From positions 18,007 to 82,006 of the forward strand of contig JAUWMQ010000002.1 in assembly GCA_030613065.1 (NCBI GenBank): a stretch of DNA of 64,000 bases, read 5' to 3'. This DNA comes from Candidatus Aegiribacteria sp. GTDB lineage: Bacteria; Fermentibacterota; Fermentibacteria; Fermentibacterales; JCC-6. Numbering within the stretch: the stretch's first letter is position 1; each line of letters begins with the position of its first letter. The translations under genes and the position numbers were made by a program. The notes under the pieces were generated by a model. The model had not been told where the DNA came from and did no database searches. It was given only the letters and a program-made list of their open reading frames with translations. Of this stretch, positions 58,518 to 64,000 are shown one piece after another.

Positions 58518-60243
58518 GTACAGAGGGTATCTGAAATGGATAACGGGCTTCTGGAAACCTCATAAGAAACACCTTGTAGTTCTGGTTTTCTTCACCCTGG
58601 TATCCAGCGCTGTAGCATTGAGTTTCCCTCTGGTCTTCCGTTATCTGCTGGATAATGTACAGCAGGTTCTGGGTGAAGCTGGAAGCAGCAGCGAATTCCA
58701 TAAGATCTTGCTAGTCCTTGCTGTGCTGGCGTTTGCCAGGTTCATAGCAGGCTTGTATCCAGGGGCAAGAGCCTGGCTGAACAGCAAGATCGGCCTGGAT
58801 ATCAGAGATACGGTTTTTACCAGCCTGCTGAAAAAGGATTACAGGTTCTGGAATACCTTCAGACCCGGAGACCTTACAACCCGGCTTACCGATGATATCG
58901 TAGATTATCCACGCATTGCCTGGTTCAGCTGCTCCGCGGTTTTCAGAGCGCTTGAATCATCATCAAGACTGGTTTTCTGTCTGGGTGTGATGTTCTATAT
59001 GAGCTGGGAGTTGACCCTGATTGCACTGGTTCCTCTTCCGGTGATGTTCCTGATATTCACCCGTGTCGAGAACAGACTGGGCAAAAGGGTTGAGGCAAGC
59101 AGAAAAGCCACAAGTCATACCAGCAACCTTCTGGACAGCACTTTTGCCGGCATTCCCATAATCAAGGCCTACAATGCCGAGGAAGGACAGACCGGAAGGC
59201 TTCGGAACCTGCTTGATGAGAGGCTGCACATTGACCTGTCCATAACACGGCTTGTTATGATTCTTCATGGAGTATACAGCGTCATTGGTCAGATGGGTAA
59301 AGTAACAGTCATGTTCATAGGGGGCCTCTTCGTAATCTGGAACCGCATTGGTATAGGGGAATTCTACGCTTTTTACGTTTATCTCGATATGCTCCTTGCT
59401 CCAATGATGGACATCCCTAATCTCTTTGTAACATCAAGACAGGCATTTACGTCAATAGACAGAGAAAAAGAAATTCTTCAATACCCCGAAGCTCCCGAAA
59501 GGGAAGGTATAGAAGGAGAAGGAATCGTTTCAAGCATTAATATGGAATCGGCCGGCTTCGGGTACACAGGAACCGAGGCTGGAATAAAAAGGCTTGATAT
59601 TCAGCTGGACAGCCCAGGGATTTTCGCACTTGTAGGTGAGGTGGGAAGCGGTAAATCCACCATACTGAAGATGATCACAGGCCAGCTTCCGTGCAGCGAG
59701 GGAAGAATTCTATATAATGGAATCGATCTTAAGAATCTGTCTGAAGAATTCCTTGTCTCCGAAACCGGCTATGTGCCGCAGGAATCCGTTCTCTTCAGCG
59801 AATCGGTTGGAGACAATGTCAAACTTGACAGGAATATCTCCGATGAAGTTGTAGCTGATTCACTGCGAATAGCAGGGTTAGATGGAACCGAACTTGATGC
59901 CGGTGTTGAAACAGTGCTGGGTCAGGGTGGTGTTGGAGTCAGCGGCGGGCAGAAGCAGCGCATCGCAATTGCGCGAGCCCTTGCGGGGAAACCCTCGCTG
60001 TTCCTTTTCGACGATTGTACAGCTGCACTGGATGCGGAAAAGGAGGAGAACTTCTGGCAGGAGCTTACGGAGGCAAGGGGGGATGCCCTCATACTTGTTG
60101 TGTCCCACAGACAGTCAACTATCAGAAGGAGTGAGAAGGTGATTTTCGTTCACGAAGGAGAGATGAAGGCTTTCGATACCCATGAAAATCTTCTCAGAGA
60201 TAACAGGCTTTACCGACTGGTCCTTGCAGCGGAAATGGAATGA
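58510..60243 (+). CDS. ABC exporter, fused permease-ATPase (heterodimer partner; degenerate signature)
   Basis: Walker A GEVGSGKST, signature variant VSGGQKQR and Walker B LFLFDDCTAALD. The start was taken at the internal ATG overlapping the upstream stop. Confidence 0.9.
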   Translation: MPEYRGYLKWITGFWKPHKKHLVVLVFFTLVSSAVALSFPLVFRYLLDNVQQVLGEAGSSSEFHKILLVLAVLAFARFIAGLYPGARAWLNSKIGLDIRDTVFTSLLKKDYRFWNTFRPGDLTTRLTDDIVDYPRIAWFSCSAVFRALESSSRLVFCLGVMFYMSWELTLIALVPLPVMFLIFTRVENRLGKRVEASRKATSHTSNLLDSTFAGIPIIKAYNAEEGQTGRLRNLLDERLHIDLSITRLVMILHGVYSVIGQMGKVTVMFIGGLFVIWNRIGIGEFYAFYVYLDMLLAPMMDIPNLFVTSRQAFTSIDREKEILQYPEAPEREGIEGEGIVSSINMESAGFGYTGTEAGIKRLDIQLDSPGIFALVGEVGSGKSTILKMITGQLPCSEGRILYNGIDLKNLSEEFLVSETGYVPQESVLFSESVGDNVKLDRNISDEVVADSLRIAGLDGTELDAGVETVLGQGGVGVSGGQKQRIAIARALAGKPSLFLFDDCTAALDAEKEENFWQELTEARGDALILVVSHRQSTIRRSEKVIFVHEGEMKAFDTHENLLRDNRLYRLVLAAEME

Positions 60244-61214
60244 CGTACCTGCCGGGATACCTGAAACTGCATAAAAAGGGAGAGCTTTCTGCCAGAATTC
60301 GAGAGCTGAAGAAACTGCTTGAAAAATGCAGGCTTTGCGGCCGCAGATGCGGGGTGAACCGCCTGGCAGGAGAAACTGGTTACTGCAACGCTGGAATAGA
60401 CCTTGAAGTAGCGTCTTCATGCCTGCACAGAGGAGAAGAGCCGGTTCTTACCGGGGGTTTCGGTGTAGGAAATATCTTCCTTGGAAGATGCAACATGAAA
60501 TGTGTCTTCTGCCAGAATCATACCATCAGCCAGCCAGAGGGCGATACCGCTTCAGGCTGGGGCAGTTCCGCAGCTGAAACTGCTGAAGAACTGCTTCTGT
60601 TTCAGAAACAGGGATGTCCCACAGCGGGTTTCGTTTCCCCTACTCAGTACGCGCCACAGATATTCGAAGCGTTGAACCTTGCAGCTGATAAAGGTTTCAG
60701 TCTGCCGGTTATTTACAATACCAACGGATACGATTCAATAGAATTGCTTTCGCTGCTTGATGGCCTGGTTGACATATACCTTCCCGATTTCAAGTACTGG
60801 AACAGCGAATGCGGGAATATCTACTCCGATACTCCTGAGTATCCTGCAACCGCCATTGAATCAATACGCGAAATGTACAGGCAGGTTGGAAACCTCCGGA
60901 CCGATTCTGCAGGAACGGCCGTACGCGGACTGATAATCCGTCTCCTTGTATTACCCGGTGGGATCGCCGGAACGATGGACGTTCTCCGATTCATAGCGAA
61001 AGAACCGGGCAAAGATGTATTCATAAGCCTGATGTCACAGTACTATCCCACACATAATGCCCTGAATTATCCTGAACTCGCAAGAAAACTCAGGCCTGAG
61101 GAATACAAGGAGGCAGTTGAAACTCTGGAAGAACTGGGGTTTGAGAACGGATGGGTGCAGAACCCGGTGACCTCTCCTGACAGCTACCGCCCCGGAATCG
61201 ATTTCAAAATATAA
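60240..61214 (+). CDS. Radical SAM protein, PflX family (pyruvate formate-lyase activating enzyme-like)
   Basis: An N-terminal extra Cys cluster CRLCGRRCG...GYC and a radical SAM triad GRCNMKCVFCQN. The start overlaps the ABC gene stop. Confidence 0.8.
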   Translation: MTYLPGYLKLHKKGELSARIRELKKLLEKCRLCGRRCGVNRLAGETGYCNAGIDLEVASSCLHRGEEPVLTGGFGVGNIFLGRCNMKCVFCQNHTISQPEGDTASGWGSSAAETAEELLLFQKQGCPTAGFVSPTQYAPQIFEALNLAADKGFSLPVIYNTNGYDSIELLSLLDGLVDIYLPDFKYWNSECGNIYSDTPEYPATAIESIREMYRQVGNLRTDSAGTAVRGLIIRLLVLPGGIAGTMDVLRFIAKEPGKDVFISLMSQYYPTHNALNYPELARKLRPEEYKEAVETLEELGFENGWVQNPVTSPDSYRPGIDFKI

Positions 61215-61286
61215 CATCTTCTTGCATCACTGATTTATGAAAACATTATTGATTCTAATGATTATCTTTACAATTTGTAATTAATA

Positions 61287-61368
61287 CCACCCATTAGTTG
61301 AAGAAGTGTGCTACGTCCCCGGTAGCACCACCCATAAGTTGAAGAAGTGTGCTACGTCCCCGGTAGCA
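61287..61368. repeat. Tandem 41-bp direct repeat (2 copies, 1 mismatch), each containing a short hairpin; overlaps the last codons of thi4
   Basis: CCACCCATTAGTTGAAGAAGTGTGCTACGTCCCCGGTAGCA occurs twice in a row. The internal palindrome GTGCTAC-GTCCCC-GGTAGCAC forms a stem-loop, and the thi4 stop codon lies inside copy 2. Confidence 0.6.
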
Positions 61369-62149
61369 GAGTATGGATTTTCACTGCTGCAATTCTCCCC
61401 GAGAGAAGCATCCCTCCAAATATTGGTCCCATTCGATGGGCTCCCATGGCTGCATTTGCAGCCATACCGGTAACAAAGAGACCGGGCACGATTTCAACGG
61501 TGTTTTCCGCCAGAGCTCTCTCTCCCATGTCAGCATTCATTGACCTTTCTCCCTCGATGCCGCCGGAAGGAGTTCTCAGCCTCAAACCGGTCTTTTTAAC
61601 AACAGTGCGCAGAACCTCTAGCGGATGACCTGTGGCTTCGATCACATATTTTGCAGAGATACACACGGGATCCACATGAAGACCGGCAATTTCAATCGGG
61701 CTGGATGTAACCACCACTCCGGTAATCCTGTCATGATCGATCATTACGTCTTCAACTGAAAAAAGATTGTAAATGGTCACTCCTGCCCTGCACGCCTCCG
61801 CTATGAGAGTTGCGATGGATTCAACTGAATTCGCAGTGAAGTAACCGGGGGAATAAAGCGACGTTCTAACTCCAAGTTCCTCGAGTATTTTCTTTCCTTC
61901 TTCCTGGACTACAATTACGTTGAAACCCATTCCTCCCCCCCACATGCCACCCCCGGTGGAGAGCTTTCTGTCGAAAAGAGCAACTTTATGACCCTTGAGA
62001 GCCAAATCCCTTGCGGCAGTCAATCCCGCGGGACCGCCTCCGCATACTGCCACATCCAGCTCAAGATTATCGAGCAGAGTGCTCATATAGGTGTCTACAA
62101 TAGCCCTGGTTATCTCAACTTCACTTAACTTGCTCAAGGAAAACTCCAT
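61352..62149 (-). CDS. thi4: Thiazole synthase of the Thi4 family (sulfide-dependent His-type variant)
   Basis: FAD-binding VAVCGGGPAGLTAARDLALKGHKVALFDRK. GAHRMGPIFGGMLLSG carries His at the position where yeast THI4 has the sacrificial Cys. Confidence 0.85.
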   Translation of the reverse strand: MEFSLSKLSEVEITRAIVDTYMSTLLDNLELDVAVCGGGPAGLTAARDLALKGHKVALFDRKLSTGGGMWGGGMGFNVIVVQEEGKKILEELGVRTSLYSPGYFTANSVESIATLIAEACRAGVTIYNLFSVEDVMIDHDRITGVVVTSSPIEIAGLHVDPVCISAKYVIEATGHPLEVLRTVVKKTGLRLRTPSGGIEGERSMNADMGERALAENTVEIVPGLFVTGMAANAAMGAHRMGPIFGGMLLSGRIAAVKIHTLLPGT

Positions 62150-62165
62150 TCTGTATGATTATGTC

Positions 62166-62804
62166 TCAGGTTCGACAAGGTTTGCCCGGCCCTTTGAGAA
62201 GAGCCCTGACCACCTCCGCCACATCCTCTGCCGCCATAATTGCCGACACAACGGCAATACCGTCGGCACCCGCTTTCCGTACAATATCCGCATTGGATGG
62301 ATTTATCCCTCCAATGGCAACAAGTGGCAGAGGAGAAGCCTTTTTCAAATCCGTTATAGCCCCTATTCCAAGGGGTTCTCCCAGATCGGTCTTAGTGTCC
62401 GTTGGAAAGATAAGGTTCGCCGCGATGTAATCGGCCCCCTCCTTATATGCGAGTATAGCTTCCTGCGGAGATCTAGCCGATGCTCCTATTACCGCGTCAG
62501 CTCCAAGGAATTTTCTGGCAAGGGAAACAGGCATGTCGTCCTGCCCCAGGTGAACCCCGTCAGCCCCTGCTGCCATGGCAACATCCACTCTGTCATTCAC
62601 GATAAACAGCGCTCCATGCATTCTGCAGAGATTCTGCAGAATAACCGCCATGTGAATCAGCTCCCTGGTGGAAGCATTCTTGTCCCGAAGCTGCAGCGCA
62701 CCGACCCCTGCCTTAAGGGCCAGCAGGCAGGTTTCCTCTACCCCCCTGCTGCCGCAGAGGACCGGGTCGGTTACAAGGTACAGAGAGAGCTGTTCGGAAT
62801 TCAC
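62166..62804 (-). CDS. thiE: Thiamine-phosphate synthase
   Basis: Begins LYLVTDPVLCGSRGVEETCLLALKAGVGALQLRDK and carries the C-terminal GGIN motif VAIGGINPSN. Confidence 0.85.
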   Translation of the reverse strand: MNSEQLSLYLVTDPVLCGSRGVEETCLLALKAGVGALQLRDKNASTRELIHMAVILQNLCRMHGALFIVNDRVDVAMAAGADGVHLGQDDMPVSLARKFLGADAVIGASARSPQEAILAYKEGADYIAANLIFPTDTKTDLGEPLGIGAITDLKKASPLPLVAIGGINPSNADIVRKAGADGIAVVSAIMAAEDVAEVVRALLKGPGKPCRT

Positions 62805-63607
62805 TGGAGAAGTTCCGCCCTGATGCGGCTTTCGATAATTTCGCAGTCCAGAGCTGAAAGAGCGTCAAGAAAACAGGGGACAAAAGTTCCCGGGCCGGCA
62901 CATGCGTCAGCCGCATTCTCTCCCGCAATGCCCGCTGCAACAAGCCCGCCCAGCGCCGCATGGAATGGATCATCCATCGCTGCTGCGAAACAGGCAACGG
63001 AAGTCGTGGCAGCACAGCCCGTTCCGGTAACCCTTCCCATTAAGGAATGACCGTTTTCAATCCTTGCAGTCCGATTTCCATCGGTAACAATATCTGAAAC
63101 TCCCGTAACGGCGATCACACTGCCCGATTTCGAGGCAAACGAAGAAATAAACTCAATACGGCCCTCAACGGAATCCCTGGAATCTACTCCGCGTACTTTT
63201 CCCTCCGCGCCTGAAAGAGCGAGAACCTCACCTGCATTTCCCCGGATGATGGCTATCTCAAGTTCGTTGGCGATCATTCTTGCGGAATTCGTTCTGAGCC
63301 GGGTAGCACCCGTTCCAACGGGATCGAAAATTATGGGTATCCCGAGGTCATTTGCCACCCTCCCTGCAGAGAGCATACTCTTTACAAGGCCGGGATCCAG
63401 AGTACCTATATTCAGAAGAAGAGCCCCGGCGAACCGAACCATTTCGGGGGATTCTTCGATACAGGGCGCCATTACGGGAGCCGCTCCAAGACAAAGCGTT
63501 ACATTTGCGGTGAAATTCATCACCACGGTATTAGTTATATGATGGATCATAGGACTGCTGCTTCTTATGGCAGTAAGGCCACGGCAGGTTATCTCTGCGG
63601 GTTTCAT
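62801..63607 (-). CDS. thiM: Hydroxyethylthiazole kinase
   Basis: PMIHHITNTVVMNFTANVTLCLGAAPVMA is the ThiM N-terminal signature. 268 aa, coupled to thiE. Confidence 0.85.
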   Translation of the reverse strand: MKPAEITCRGLTAIRSSSPMIHHITNTVVMNFTANVTLCLGAAPVMAPCIEESPEMVRFAGALLLNIGTLDPGLVKSMLSAGRVANDLGIPIIFDPVGTGATRLRTNSARMIANELEIAIIRGNAGEVLALSGAEGKVRGVDSRDSVEGRIEFISSFASKSGSVIAVTGVSDIVTDGNRTARIENGHSLMGRVTGTGCAATTSVACFAAAMDDPFHAALGGLVAAGIAGENAADACAGPGTFVPCFLDALSALDCEIIESRIRAELLQ

Positions 63608-63617
63608 GAAAGCCTCC

Positions 63618-63881
63618 GGATTTTCTTACGCCGGTATTATCCGGATCAAGTATAAGCCTGCATCTTTCACCAGCGTTCTACTACAGCGGCGTATACAGCA
63701 GTGTCTACTTCGTTCTGCTCATCCATCCGTCCTCGACGTACTGTTCAAGTACGCCTGCGGAGTCTGTACTCGCAAGCCTAGTATCCACAACTGTCTACGA
63801 CGCTTCGAAACGAACGCTGGTGAAAGATGCAGGCTAGGGGTTCTATTCTCAGGCCCGGACTCTCCGGGCCACCCCCAATCC
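63618..63881 (-). ncRNA. TPP (THI-box) riboswitch controlling thiM-thiE-thi4, with a large insertion at the J2/4 junction
   Basis: On the minus strand the sequence reads GGAUU-GGGGGUGG-CCCGGAGAGUCCGGGC-CUGAGA-AUAGAACCCC ... [insertion] ... CUUGAUCCGGAUAAUACCGGCGUAAGAAAAUCC. This aligns element by element with E. coli thiM (P1, P2, P3, CUGAGA, ACCC, P4/P5 CCUGAUCUGGAUAAUGCCAGCGUAGGGAA). The 3' strand of P1 abuts the SD GGAGG and the ATG. Confidence 0.75.
63655..63835. repeat. 181-bp element flanked by 24-bp perfect inverted repeats (AGCCTGCATCTTTCACCAGCGTTC) inserted inside the TPP aptamer; MITE-like or an extra structured arm
   Basis: Arm A at 63655..63678 is the exact reverse complement of arm B at 63812..63835. 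The 133-bp interior is itself an imperfect palindrome (for example GTACTGTTCAAGTAC). Confidence 0.5.
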
Positions 63882-64000
63882 AACTCCAAAGCTAGCAATG
63901 ATAAATTTCAGCGTCAAACAGGGTGACTTGCGGAACCCTCCATATATATTATTTCTATCCTTCAGAGAGCATTCGAAAAGCAGATGAAAGGCAGCCCTAA

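Noticed and set aside
61287-61368. Tandem 41-bp repeats considered as a possible CRISPR array
   Set aside because: There are only two directly abutting copies with no spacers and no cas genes nearby, so it is a simple tandem duplication.
63567-63926. 119-aa + strand ORF overlapping the thiM leader
   Set aside because: It lies entirely within the TPP riboswitch and its inverted-repeat insertion on the opposite strand and has no protein-like features, so it is a spurious ORF through structured RNA.

Overview
The window starts inside dnaA and runs through a canonical origin-proximal block (dnaA, a candidate oriC with DnaA boxes, dnaN, a DUF721/DciA-like gene, gyrB, gyrA). After this come a 1195-aa orphan protein translationally coupled to an L-asparaginase, a bactofilin pair, and a complete nine-gene bacterial V/A-type ATPase operon. 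The middle of the window is a large Wzx/Wzy-dependent surface-glycan locus of about 25 kb. It holds a WbaP-like initiating transferase, a DegT aminotransferase, at least ten GT1/GT2/GT9 glycosyltransferases, a B12-binding radical SAM enzyme, and DgkA plus a PAP2 phosphatase. The locus is preceded by an AT-rich, probably horizontally acquired island (radical SAM/SPASM enzyme, polyprenyl-phosphate sugar synthase-like GT2, methyltransferase) next to a GT-C family membrane glycosyltransferase.

Two riboswitch loci are the most striking non-coding features. The first is a tandem pair of GEMM-I (c-di-GMP-I) aptamers in front of a 90-aa secreted protein. The second is a TPP riboswitch in front of thiM-thiE-thi4 whose J2/4 junction carries a roughly 180-nt insertion flanked by 24-bp perfect inverted repeats.

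Other notable items are a Gre-factor C-terminal domain fused to a long unknown N-terminal region, an internally deleted epimerase pseudogene, a triple-CxxC mini-protein embedded in the glycan operon, and a PflX-type radical SAM gene coupled to a heterodimeric ABC exporter. I found no tRNA or rRNA genes, no CRISPR arrays, and no transposase or integrase genes. All calls are from reading the sequence and the ORF track; no database searches were run.
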